The position numbers and the translations under genes are program-made. From Naegleria gruberi (lineage: Eukaryota): DNA of 64,000 bases. The notes below the pieces were generated by a model that saw only the letters and a program-made list of their open reading frames with translations, was not told the DNA's origin and did not search any database. The stretch lies in NCBI GenBank assembly GCA_000004985.1, contig GG738852.1. The stretch is one strand, 5' to 3'. Positions 46,622 through 57,542 of this stretch are shown piece by piece (the first letter of the stretch is position 1; each line of letters begins with the position of its first letter).

Positions 46622-48168
46622 ATGTTTGCAAACCGAAACCACCTTTTTGCCATCTCTACAAGTAAACTCACAGAGGAACCAAAGAGCAACTCTCTCTATC
46701 ACGATTATGTGATGCAAACTGGATCTTTATATTCTTATTGTGCACTTTCTCCGATAAACAAGTCGAATGTGAAGGAAATTCGGTCGAATGAAACAGATTA
46801 TGTGATGGCAATTTCTGATTCTTGCCACAATCAATATTCATCTGTTTTAACTTATTATTCATCATTTGATATATTTTCTGATGCTGCCGTCGATTCGGAT
46901 ATTCTCGCACAAACATTTTCTAAAAGTAATACGAAACTATTTGATCCAAGCGAAAGAATAATCAATGTGGAAATTGCATCACAGAAGAAAATTGTATTGA
47001 CCAATATGAAAATGTACATTGCTCAACAAACTGATGAGACTTTAAGTAATGGTGTAGAATTACCACAATTACAAGTTGGTGATCAAGTGAAATGTGTGAG
47101 AACTAGTTCTAGAACTGAGTTCTTTTTCTTGCTAACTGGTAAGTATTGATTATTCATCTCTCTCATTTAATTTTATGGAAATTTAATTCAATTTATGGAT
47201 ATTGTTTGTTTAATTATTTGTTAAATTATTTGTTAAATTTCGAATATGTTAAAGAAATGGGAAAGGTTTATGTTTATGGAAAGAATAGCAGTGGAGTATT
47301 TGGATTAGGGACAGATCATGATATGAACCTTACTAAATTTACATTCCACGAATTTTTATCATCCCTTCCAAGTCCAGTTGTTGATATTGAAATGGGCTAC
47401 TTGTTTGCTGTTGTGAGATGTAAGAATGGTGATTGTTATGGATGTGGATACAATTGCTATATTAATGTGGGTGCTGAAGGAGATAGAACAGTTGATTTGA
47501 ATCATTTTACACTTGTTTCTAAATTGCAAGGTCGAGTGAAGAAACATGCTTGTGGAAGTTTTCATTCATTGTACTTGACTTTTAACAATGAATTGTATGG
47601 ATGTGGTTTAATGACAGAGTAAGTAGTGTTGTGTACTAGTTGTGTTACTAATATTGATTTTTATAATGATGATTAGTGGTCAACTTGGAAAAGTGTGGGA
47701 AGATCAATATAAGAATACTGACTGTGTCAATTTGGTAAGAATTCAGTTTGAGAATGCGTCCCATTTCAAATCTATTTGTTGCTCTGGATATTCCTCCTTT
47801 GCTCTTTCACGTAAGTTTTTTTTAAACAATTAAAGTTTACATTGAACTATTCCACACCATTAGAAAATAATGAGCTATTGCATTTTGGTAAGAGTAGTAG
47901 TAACGTGAAACATCATAGTATTCTCCGAAAGACTGAACACCTCACATTCGTTCCATTATTTAATGCTCATGAATTAATTGGAGATTTCGGAAGAAAACCA
48001 GATGAAATTGTAGATTTGGCAGTAATGAAAGGAAATGATTTATATTGTGGAATGATTATGTGTAGAGAAGGAATTCAAAAAGGAATAATTGAAATGGAAA
48101 ATTATTTACGGAGATTTGCTGTGCACAATGGAGCCATGACTTTGAGTGATGTCACTTTGCATTTCTAA
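46622..48168 (+). CDS. RCC1-repeat (beta-propeller)-like protein. Tentative 4-exon model.
   Basis: Proposed exons 46622-47138, 47255-47618, 47677-47810 and 47864-48168. Donors are gtaagt and phases are consistent. Exons 2-3 carry RCC1-like repeats (VYVYGKNSSGVFGLG, YGCGYNCYINVG, YGCGLMTDGQLGKV). Linking the first exon is speculative. The gene may instead start at ATG 47257. Confidence 0.45.
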
Positions 48169-48671
48169 TAATTTTCGTGCGTCATTCTGTAATCTCCAAA
48201 ATATTCAAAATCCATCTCGTTTTAATAAATTCCTCACAAAATGAAACTCTTTTGTAAAGTTGTAACTGCCAATGTTCTGTTTACTGTGCATTTTGGAAGT
48301 TTGACACGAGTGAGGGAACAATCAAATCACTTTTATCCATGTTCACTCGTTATCGGTAAAGAAATGAGCTATGTTAAGTTTCGGTTCAGTGTTTGAGTTG
48401 ATAATAATTGCAATTTAAACAAGAGACAATAAACCTGGTCTTTATTATTCTAAATTACACTAATTCAAAGTTTATTCTAGAATTGCAAACTTCATTTCCC
48501 TGTGCATTGGAACTCTTCGTAATTGCAATGAAACAAATGAAAGAGGTAGTAACTTTCGAACAATGAACTTGCTATTCTCCACAAGTTTAAATCAAAACTC
48601 CCGTTCAGTTCGTACTCCAAACAAAATCAAAACAAACAGAAACGTTAATTATAACCTACAATATCAAAATA

Positions 48672-49859
48672 ATGGATCTCTACATTCCTTCTGATTTAAA
48701 CAATTGTGATGATGATTTTTGTGACGAAATGTTGCCAGTTGAAGAAAAATTAGAAAGAAGAATGGATGAATTGACAATTTTAGATGGTGATGCATTTGTC
48801 TCAAACACAACAAGCAATTCTCAAACAACAGGTGCTTGGATTCGTGCTAAACATTTGGAAGAAGAAGGTTATGATCAAGAATTGGTTGACCACAGTGAAA
48901 ATTTTGTCGATTTGGTTATTGTAATGGATTGTACTGGATCAATGTCTGGTGAAATTGAAGTTGCCAAACGAACTGTAACTACTATCATCTCAACACTTCA
49001 TGAAAAGTTTCAATCTGATTTGAGATTTTCAGCTGTCAGTTATAGAGATCACACTGATGATTATGCAGTTAAGGAATTCCCATTTACAAAGGATTTGAAT
49101 AAGGCAAAGGGTTATATCAATACAATGTCAGCTCAAGGTGGAGGTGATCATCCTGAAGCTTTGGCATCAGCTCTCTATGTCATTAATGAAATGCCATTTA
49201 ATAAGAAGGGAAAGAAGATTGTTGTTTGGGTTGCTGATGCTCCTCCACATGGAATGAAAACATCATCTGATAGCTATCCAGAAGGATGTAAGGATCAACA
49301 AGGAAATGTCATTGATTGGATCAAATTGGGATCTGCTCTCCAGGAGAAGAATGTTGTCTTTTATGGAATTTTGTGTGAAAGAGCAAAGGATGATCAACAA
49401 TTGACCTTGTTTATGGATTATTTGACAACTAAAACTGATGGTAAATGTTTACTCTTAACAGATGCTAATAAGATACCAAATTTGGTGATTAATGGTTGTG
49501 TGGAAGATGAAGATATGGACAATCTTGTTGCAAAGAAAATTAAAGAATTGGGAGAAGAGAAGGTCAATAATTTGGGAATGGATGATTTACTTAAACTCAT
49601 TCACAATGAAACATCCTCTGAAAAGGTTGCCCAAGTTAAAACCTTTGAAATTGCCTCAACCAGAACTAAGAATTTGATGAATTATTCAACCTTATCTGAT
49701 ATGCAATGTGATGATTATGTTTCAGCTCAGAATGTCATGACTAGAAATGATGATTGTGAGGCAGAGAGCGATTCTTTTGATGATTATGGAGGTGTTTACT
49801 ACAAAGCACCAACTATGGAAAAGGTGGCAAAGGCCTATTCCAGAAATTTGAGAAAGTAA
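48672..49859 (+). CDS. von Willebrand factor A (vWA) domain protein, similar to the N-terminal domain of vWA-kinase-type proteins.
   Basis: VIVMDCTGSMSGEIEVAKRTV...SAVSYRDH..., a MIDAS-like DxSxS, then APPHG. Confidence 0.6.
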   Translation: MDLYIPSDLNNCDDDFCDEMLPVEEKLERRMDELTILDGDAFVSNTTSNSQTTGAWIRAKHLEEEGYDQELVDHSENFVDLVIVMDCTGSMSGEIEVAKRTVTTIISTLHEKFQSDLRFSAVSYRDHTDDYAVKEFPFTKDLNKAKGYINTMSAQGGGDHPEALASALYVINEMPFNKKGKKIVVWVADAPPHGMKTSSDSYPEGCKDQQGNVIDWIKLGSALQEKNVVFYGILCERAKDDQQLTLFMDYLTTKTDGKCLLLTDANKIPNLVINGCVEDEDMDNLVAKKIKELGEEKVNNLGMDDLLKLIHNETSSEKVAQVKTFEIASTRTKNLMNYSTLSDMQCDDYVSAQNVMTRNDDCEAESDSFDDYGGVYYKAPTMEKVAKAYSRNLRK

Positions 49860-49960
49860 TTTTGCATCTTTGTAAATAGTATGTAAATAAATAAATAGAA
49901 TTTCGAGAATATTTATTAAACTATAGGATAGGCATTGATTTGCCTTTATAGAAATGGTTA

Positions 49961-51079
49961 TCATTTATTGGAATTTCTGAAAAAAGTAAATGTATCATTG
50001 AAAAAACGCAAAATCGATGGGATGATACTCCATCTTTGTTTTGTTATGTTATTTTCATCATTATTCTCAATTTTTGGAATGGAAATTATTTTGGAATTTT
50101 CAACTTGTTTCAATATGAAATGAATATTTTCATATTGAGATTGAATTTGTTCCGAAGCAAATAAAATATTCATTTCATTTTCTTCCATTGCAATTTGTAC
50201 AATTTCCACATCATTTCTCAATTCCAAATTTAGAAATTGTAATAAATGTCCTTGATGTTTCAATACAAGTTTGGCCAATTCTCTGTCTTGCTTCCATTCT
50301 TGAAAATTCATATAGAATTCTTTGAATTCATTACTATTCTTCAATTCATTTCCATACTTTTCCTGAATATTTGTAAAATACTTTACAAGATTAATTTTCA
50401 TTGTAATCTCGGGCTTACTGTATTTCAAAATATTGTAAACAGTGCACATATATTGAGGATATTTTTCTATAAGATCGAGTACTCGCTCATCCAATATATC
50501 TCCCTTGATATACCTAAATGGATCCTCTCCTTTTTCAATGCAAATTTCCAATAGTTCAATATAATCTACAATATAATTCTTATCAATAAAATACAATTCA
50601 CAATAATTCCTTTCCACACAATATTTGATAAATTCCCAATTTGATTTTAGTTCACTTCCCACATACTGATAAATGCATCCACTATTATCATAAGTTTGTT
50701 CTAATAATTGTTTAATAAATTGAAAATTATTTAACAATTCCTCATCCGCACCATCAATATTGTAAATTCTATATTTGGATGTATTCATTACTACTTGTGG
50801 ATCTTTTCTAAATTCACTATTTGAAGGAAAATATCTCATTGGAATTCCTTCACTTTTTTCAATCATTTTCAATATGAAGTTTCGTTCAAGTTTCAATGAA
50901 GTTTGCTCTAATGCACGGAAATATCTTCTACTGAGTGCCAATTCTACAACATCAATATCATCCTTCAAACCGTTAGAGGCATGATTAAAATTAAAGTTAA
51001 ATTGTTTGATAAAATATAGAACTAGTCTCTTATTATTTTTTAGAGTTTCAGAGGCGTATTTTAAACCTTCTGGAAACAT
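49961..51079 (-). CDS. DUF4116-like repeat protein (paralog).
   Basis: ATG at 51077-51079. Repeats such as NGLKDDIDVVELALS and SELKSNWEFIKYCV. Its frame stays open upstream of the ATG into the neighbouring ORF. Confidence 0.5.
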   Translation of the reverse strand: MFPEGLKYASETLKNNKRLVLYFIKQFNFNFNHASNGLKDDIDVVELALSRRYFRALEQTSLKLERNFILKMIEKSEGIPMRYFPSNSEFRKDPQVVMNTSKYRIYNIDGADEELLNNFQFIKQLLEQTYDNSGCIYQYVGSELKSNWEFIKYCVERNYCELYFIDKNYIVDYIELLEICIEKGEDPFRYIKGDILDERVLDLIEKYPQYMCTVYNILKYSKPEITMKINLVKYFTNIQEKYGNELKNSNEFKEFYMNFQEWKQDRELAKLVLKHQGHLLQFLNLELRNDVEIVQIAMEENEMNILFASEQIQSQYENIHFILKQVENSKIISIPKIENNDENNITKQRWSIIPSILRFFNDTFTFFRNSNK

Positions 51080-51081
51080 TT

Positions 51082-52248
51082 TTAATAGGTCAATATCATT
51101 TTCAATATATTTCCTATCAAAGAATTCAAGTGTTGAAACCCATTTAATCCTAATTTAATATATTGAATTAGTTCAATATTAAACTGGTCGTCTTGTTCAA
51201 ATAGAGGATTAATATAGGCATAGTTGAATGCGTTACATTTACAAAACCACAAACTCATTTCTCTGTCATTGTAAAACTCATTGTAAACATAATTAAATGT
51301 TAAATTAGTCTCTTTTGCGCATTCTTTAATAAATTCTCTATTGAGCTTAATTTCATTATAGACGTGATCTATATTCTCTGGATTACATTTGATTGCAAAT
51401 TGTTGAATATCAATACTGGTGTTATAGGGTAATATTAATGAAAGTGAGTTTCCACGTTGTAACATTGATTTTTGAAAGTTGATATTCTTTTTAATATCTT
51501 CTCCAAAATATTCGAATGGTAGTGATTCAACTTTTGGTTGTAATTTAAATATTGATTCATCATTTCTTAATTCATATGGTAAATATGGAAATATTCTATA
51601 ATTACTTTTCAAGACAATTTTGCAAAATTCCAAATTAGATTTTAAATTTTCAGATAAATATCTAAAGGATGTTTCTGAATTTTTAATTGAATTCAGTGCT
51701 ATACCCTTGTTATTCTTAACGTCTTCATTTGTAACGTATTTCATCAATGATCCATTTATAGAAAGTGCCATATTACACAATTCAAAGTCAGATCTCAATT
51801 CTTGTGATGCAAATTCAAATGCTTGAACATTACTTTGCAATGCTATTTTAACTAATTCTCTATCATTTTGATAATTTGGAAAATATTTCAATAAATTTCC
51901 ATTTCTAGAAAGTATAATTTTCATAATATTGCTGTTACTGGTCAATAGTTTGGATTGATATTTAATTAATTGATAAGTTAACATATTAATATTGTAATCA
52001 CTAGAATTTTTCAAACTTGTTTCAATTAACTCTTCATCATTTAAAATTTTATCATATTCACTCTCCGGAAATTTTTCATAATTGATCAATAATTCATCTC
52101 CATCTTTCTTTACAATTTCCAATCTTTCACTTTGAAGTGTATTTAAAGTGAATTTACTTGATGAAAAACGAGCCAATGATGATGAACTGAAGAGCTGTGG
52201 TTTTATCAATTTGTGTGTTAAAACACCAAGCTTGACAAGTTGTTTCAT
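51082..52248 (-). CDS. DUF4116-like repeat protein (paralog). Possibly the 5' half of one gene with 49961-51079.
   Basis: ATG at 52246-52248. Repeats LSRNGNLLKYFPNYQNDRELVKIALQSNVQAFEFASQELRSDFELCNMALSINGSLMKYV.... Its stop directly abuts the next ATG in a different frame. Confidence 0.5.
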   Translation of the reverse strand: MKQLVKLGVLTHKLIKPQLFSSSSLARFSSSKFTLNTLQSERLEIVKKDGDELLINYEKFPESEYDKILNDEELIETSLKNSSDYNINMLTYQLIKYQSKLLTSNSNIMKIILSRNGNLLKYFPNYQNDRELVKIALQSNVQAFEFASQELRSDFELCNMALSINGSLMKYVTNEDVKNNKGIALNSIKNSETSFRYLSENLKSNLEFCKIVLKSNYRIFPYLPYELRNDESIFKLQPKVESLPFEYFGEDIKKNINFQKSMLQRGNSLSLILPYNTSIDIQQFAIKCNPENIDHVYNEIKLNREFIKECAKETNLTFNYVYNEFYNDREMSLWFCKCNAFNYAYINPLFEQDDQFNIELIQYIKLGLNGFQHLNSLIGNILKMILTY

Positions 52249-52544
52249 TTTTTTTTGATTGGTAAAGCTTTGTTCATATCAAGTTCCGATCACAAGCCTG
52301 TCTCCAACCTTTAGAAATGCTGTCCAGAAAAACTATCAATGACTGCAAATAGCATTATGACAAACTCTCTGGTTGACTTATTATCAGCTTTTGGAGATTA
52401 GGTTGTTATTGATATAATTCATTCTTAAGTGGAGACGTGTAGATCTCTGGAGGTTGATATAAATTCGTCGATCCGCTGGACCAGAAGAAAATTTGCAAGT
52501 TGAGTGTCACCCGTATAAAATTTTTGATGGTCAGTTTGTGAAAA

Positions 52545-52680
52545 CTCAATATCAAGCTGTCTTGTCCTTGTATGCTTCTAGTTGAACTACTGGTGTTGTT
52601 TTGGACTCTGGTGATGGTGCCTGCCACTGTTCCAATTTATGAAGGTTATGCTTTGCCACACTCTTCATCCAAACATTCAT
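52545..52680 (+). pseudogene. Actin pseudogene fragment (about residues 135-175 of actin).
   Basis: caagctgtcttgtccttgtatgcttct (QAVLSLYAS), an in-frame TGA where actin has GR, then TTGVVLDSGDG. A 2-nt shortening relative to actin precedes ...[10 protein letters not shown]. There is no flanking actin sequence. Confidence 0.55.
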
Positions 52681-53679
52681 CATCATCCTCAAAATGACCA
52701 TTATCAACAGTTATGGATGGATCAACAACAGTAAGATCTCCACACTTTATCATCTTCATCAACATTGATTGCAGCATTGTTAAATACAATTCCGACACTT
52801 ATTGGTAGTTGCCAGCTGGCAGGTTGGGACAAGTGGCCTTAATAGATTTAAGAGTGTTGTCAGGTCCCGCCAATTCCCTTTGTAAAATCAAAGGCTATTT
52901 TTACCTTAAAAAAATGGCATACTTCTTTGTATTCGAGGAGGTATCGTACAAGGAAATCATTGCGTAACAGGTTGCTCAACTTTAGTATTGGTAAATCGAT
53001 GTAGTAGTTTTGAACTAATATGAATTGGATGAATCGACTAGTACGTATTTATTTAAGGCTGTGATATTCCGATCATCATCATCATTATTATAGTTGATCA
53101 ACAGGACGATTCATCATCATCAACAACAAAAACAAGAACAGCTTCCGAATCAGATCAAACCACAGAGGGTAGGAAGTTCCAACTCTGCTATCAAAGGTCC
53201 TGGTGTTTTTTGCTTGCTAACTTTGATGACACGTTTGTACCCTCATTGTTGCACAAATACCACTCTCAATTGCTTAAATGTTAGTATCATGATTAATTAA
53301 TTATTAAGACTTGTTCTCTTTTCAGAAATACATCTCTTCAATAATAACACACTGTAAGTAGTAAATGAGAATATCATCATGACTAATATATCAGAATTTA
53401 AACGATCTATTTTAATTGGTAAAGTGTAGATTTATTTCAATCTGAATGAAGGTTTTCTTGAACAATTTCCTAATAACAATAATATAACAATAACAGTAAA
53501 GTGACCATGATAAAGGAGTGGAACTCTTTTGTAAGTATAATATCACTCAACATTTAATAATCAAAGAGGTCGCAGGAGTTTAAGTATTTCAGATTATGTA
53601 ACAATGTAATGAATTGATTCATTTAAGGTAGGTTTATCATTATCAAGAAAATTGGGTTTGGTTAGGATTCAGGTTTGTG

Positions 53680-53860
53680 GGTTTGGATCCCATGTCAACC
53701 CCTATTTATTAAGCTTTTCTCCTTAAATACATTAACAATATATATCATAAATGATGTCAAAAGATGGTGATTGTAATGGGGCACAATATTCGGCTGATGT
53801 GAAATTGTTAAATATTTATATATATCAAGTTATGATGGTGGCTAGTGGCAATAAAATCAC
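53680..53860. repeat. Subtelomeric repeat element Y, copy 1.
   Basis: ggatcccatgtcaacccctatttattaagcttttctccttaaatacattaacaatatata... is about 85-90% identical to 55632-55830. Confidence 0.8.
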
Positions 53861-53974
53861 TTGATCAAAATTATTTTTGCCGGTTGATCAAACCGAAAAA
53901 CGCGCGGAAAAGTTAAAAATAGATTCAAGTTGATGTGAAAATGGCTCAGAATCGAAAGGATTAACAAAGCTTAC

Positions 53975-54025
53975 TACTATATTGGAAGTGAATGTGCCAT
54001 TTGGCACTCACTTCCATCAACTTTA
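53975..54025. repeat. Imperfect palindrome ggaagtgaatGTGCCAtttGGCACtcacttcc (junction element, copy 1).
   Basis: Inverted repeat GTGCCA/TGGCAC flanked by GGAAGTG / CACTTCC. Same motif as at 55890-55965. Confidence 0.6.
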
Positions 54026-54175
54026 TCATAGAAATCACTCTTGAAACATGAATTGTACTATAATGTGTGAGTAACATACTGGTGTTGGAATTGATCAATA
54101 ACTCTTTGAAATGATTGAGATGGAATGTAAACTATATTCTAAGGTATATTGGTTGACTGTAAGATACAGAGCCAT

Positions 54176-55274
54176 NNNNNNNNNNNNNNNNNNNNNNNNN
54201 NNNNNNNNNNNNNNNNNNNNNNNNNNNNNNNNNNNNNNNNNNNNNNNNNNNNNNNNNNNNNNNNNNNNNNNNNNNNNNNNNNNNNNNNNNNNNNNNNNNN
54301 NNNNNNNNNNNNNNNNNNNNNNNNNNNNNNNNNNNNNNNNNNNNNNNNNNNNNNNNNNNNNNNNNNNNNNNNNNNNNNNNNNNNNNNNNNNNNNNNNNNN
54401 NNNNNNNNNNNNNNNNNNNNNNNNNNNNNNNNNNNNNNNNNNNNNNNNNNNNNNNNNNNNNNNNNNNNNNNNNNNNNNNNNNNNNNNNNNNNNNNNNNNN
54501 NNNNNNNNNNNNNNNNNNNNNNNNNNNNNNNNNNNNNNNNNNNNNNNNNNNNNNNNNNNNNNNNNNNNNNNNNNNNNNNNNNNNNNNNNNNNNNNNNNNN
54601 NNNNNNNNNNNNNNNNNNNNNNNNNNNNNNNNNNNNNNNNNNNNNNNNNNNNNNNNNNNNNNNNNNNNNNNNNNNNNNNNNNNNNNNNNNNNNNNNNNNN
54701 NNNNNNNNNNNNNNNNNNNNNNNNNNNNNNNNNNNNNNNNNNNNNNNNNNNNNNNNNNNNNNNNNNNNNNNNNNNNNNNNNNNNNNNNNNNNNNNNNNNN
54801 NNNNNNNNNNNNNNNNNNNNNNNNNNNNNNNNNNNNNNNNNNNNNNNNNNNNNNNNNNNNNNNNNNNNNNNNNNNNNNNNNNNNNNNNNNNNNNNNNNNN
54901 NNNNNNNNNNNNNNNNNNNNNNNNNNNNNNNNNNNNNNNNNNNNNNNNNNNNNNNNNNNNNNNNNNNNNNNNNNNNNNNNNNNNNNNNNNNNNNNNNNNN
55001 NNNNNNNNNNNNNNNNNNNNNNNNNNNNNNNNNNNNNNNNNNNNNNNNNNNNNNNNNNNNNNNNNNNNNNNNNNNNNNNNNNNNNNNNNNNNNNNNNNNN
55101 NNNNNNNNNNNNNNNNNNNNNNNNNNNNNNNNNNNNNNNNNNNNNNNNNNNNNNNNNNNNNNNNNNNNNNNNNNNNNNNNNNNNNNNNNNNNNNNNNNNN
55201 NNNNNNNNNNNNNNNNNNNNNNNNNNNNNNNNNNNNNNNNNNNNNNNNNNNNNNNNNNNNNNNNNNNNNNNNNN
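54176..55274. other. Assembly gap (1099 N).
   Basis: Run of n. Confidence 1.
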
Positions 55275-55620
55275 CTGACATTATTTACAAAGTTAATATT
55301 TTATAAATTGAAAAACTAAATATACTACGTTGTTCTACTCATCATTTCCAATCGAATGATATAAAATTTAATGATATTTGAATAAGTTTATAATTTTGGG
55401 CTAGGGTTTGAAGGTTGGGTTTAGAATAATTCTATTTTTGGGTTTGGAAACGTGTTGTTTTGATTTGTTTCTTCTGTGGCTCCATGGTCTTTATGATCTG
55501 ATATAGGGTTATTAAGCGCCGTTTGGGTATTTTGTTGGTTTTTTTAGTAAAGTTTTAAAAAAAGTATATAGTTCTTATCTAGTTATCGAGTTGTGGTGTA
55601 AATGTGTTGTTTTCAAGCTA
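55275..55620. repeat. Subtelomeric repeat element X, copy 1.
   Basis: ctgacattatttacaaagttaatattttataaattgaaaaactaaatatac... is about 88% identical over about 340 bp to 63205-63545. Confidence 0.85.
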
Positions 55621-55631
55621 TTCGAAAGTAG

Positions 55632-55830
55632 GTTTTGGATCCCATGTCAACCCCTATTTATTAAGCTTTTCTCCTTAAATACATTAACAATATATATTAT
55701 AAATTATATCAAAAGATGGTGATTGGAATGGGGAACAATATACGGCTGATGTGAAATTAATAAATATCAATATTTGAGAAGTTCTGATGGAATGCCATAG
55801 TAATTTATCTCTAGGTAAATAAAGATACCG
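55632..55830. repeat. Subtelomeric repeat element Y, copy 2.
   Basis: See copy 1 at 53680-53860. Confidence 0.8.
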
Positions 55831-55889
55831 CTAATTTTAAAAATAGAATTTTAAAAATAGATAGAGATCTGGCTTTATAATGGTGGAAG

Positions 55890-55965
55890 TGGAAGTGCCA
55901 CAGGCACTCACTTCCATCAAGTTGCGATCTATTGTGTTTGATAATAATGATGGAAGTGGAAGTGC
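55890..55965. repeat. Palindromic junction element, copy 2 (ggaagtgGAAGTGCCacagGCACTCACTTCC ... ggaagtggaagtgcca), directly abutting the internal telomeric array.
   Basis: Same GGAAGTG/GTGCC..GGCAC/CACTTCC arrangement as 53975-54025. GGAAGTG occurs again at the array boundary. Confidence 0.6.
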
Positions 55966-55968
55966 CAG

Positions 55969-56461
55969 GTTGGGTTTGGTTGGGTTTGGGTTTGGGTTTG
56001 GGTTTGGGTTTGGGTTTGGGTTTGGGTTTGGGTTTGGGTTTGGGTTTGGGTTTGGGTTTGGGTTTGGGTTTGGGTTTGGGTTTGGGTTTGGGTTTGGGTT
56101 TGGGTTTGGGTTTGGGTTTGGGTTTGGGTTTGGGTTTGGGTTTGGGTTTGGGTTTGGGTTTGGGTTTGGGTTTGGGTTTGGGTTTGGGTTTGGGTTTGGG
56201 TTTGGGTTTGGGTTTGGGTTTGGGTTTGGGTTTGGGTTTGGGTTTGGGTTTGGGTTTGGGTTTGGGTTTGGGTTTGGGTTTGGGTTTGGGTTTGGGTTTG
56301 GGTTTGGGTTTGGGTTTGGGTTTGGGTTTGGGTTTGGGTTTGGGTTTGGGTTTGGGTTTGGGTTTGGGTTTGGGTTTGGGTTTGGGTTTGGGTTTGGGTT
56401 TGGGTTTGGGTTTGGGTTTGGGTTTGGGTTTGGGTTCCGGGTTTGGGTTTGGGTTTGGGTT
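55969..56461 (+). repeat. Internal telomere-like array (GGGTTT)n, about 80 units, G-rich on the + strand.
   Basis: Perfect hexamer repeats. One variant unit (gggttccgggttt) near 56430. Truncated by a 50-N gap. Confidence 0.95.
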
Positions 56462-56511
56462 NNNNNNNNNNNNNNNNNNNNNNNNNNNNNNNNNNNNNNN
56501 NNNNNNNNNNN
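56462..56511. other. Assembly gap (50 N).
   Basis: Run of n. Confidence 1.
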
Positions 56512-57542
56512 ATGTTGATATCATGATGTTATAATCTATATTTCCATTTGGGAAATGTTGTAATGTCAATGTTTAATTGAAATATTGCCATCATACCAAT
56601 AATTGATTTTATACTATAAAAATGATATTATACACTATAATTGATATATATATGAATATATGATTGTAATATTTCAATTTTAACATTTATTAATGACGTG
56701 GGTTGTTCACTAAGGTAGTAACTTTGTCATATGATAACTATCTAAGATGATATTAAAATCATTCCAAAATTGATTCGATGAGAGTATTTGATGATTATAA
56801 CATGGTAATATTGAATTGGTGTTGATTAGTACCATTCATGACATGTAAGAATGTTACCTTTTTGTCAATGGGGTTTGGTTAGGATTCAGAGTTGATTTAT
56901 TTGGGTTATTTAAGAGATTACTTAGTGAAGATTCATATCATTGATTATATTTCTTATCATCTATTAATGATGTTAATTTGATGGTTTCATTTCTTATATT
57001 GATAGATATTTAAAGGTCAGGTCAGTACTAACTTTTGAATTATGGACTTTGAGAATTCAAATGTTTGGGACGTGAATCTACTCATTAGATTGAATAGGTA
57101 TTGCTAATAAAGGAACATTTCATTGATTTATTGATTATAACGGTCAAATTGAGTTGAATGGAAGTGAATCACATGTTGATTCATAGTGGTTGGGTAGTTT
57201 CGCCACGAAGTGGTGCAACTACCAACCTTTGTAGATTGAATCAGGTTGATTTGCATGCAATCTGAAATATGTAGCATGATTCAAGTGATTATTCACCAAT
57301 TCAATGATCAATATTCAATAATCGGTTTGATTTCAATCAATAGCTTGATCATCAAGCTTTGAATTAATATTCCAGTAATTAACGGCAGTCTATTTTTAAA
57401 TTTAATCAAAGACCATATATAGTATCTTGACTTTTATGATCTGGAAACTATCTAGATGTGTTCTATATTGAATAATCTATTTGAAAATGAGATGAATTAA
57501 CTCTTCTATTGAGTTTTATTGGTATTGTATGCTATTACGATT

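Noticed and set aside
54111-55319. Long X-filled ORFs spanning the N runs (54111-55319, 54139-55281, 57506-63059 and others).
   Set aside because: These are artefacts of translating assembly gaps and are not coding.
55969-56461. A possible CRISPR array, suggested by the regular short repeats.
   Set aside because: There are no spacers. The units are identical contiguous hexamers in a eukaryotic genome.
55811-56569. ORFs encoding poly(PK), poly(GL) and poly(GF) across the GGGTTT arrays.
   Set aside because: They are translations of a perfect hexamer repeat in three frames on both strands. These are telomeric DNA, not genes.
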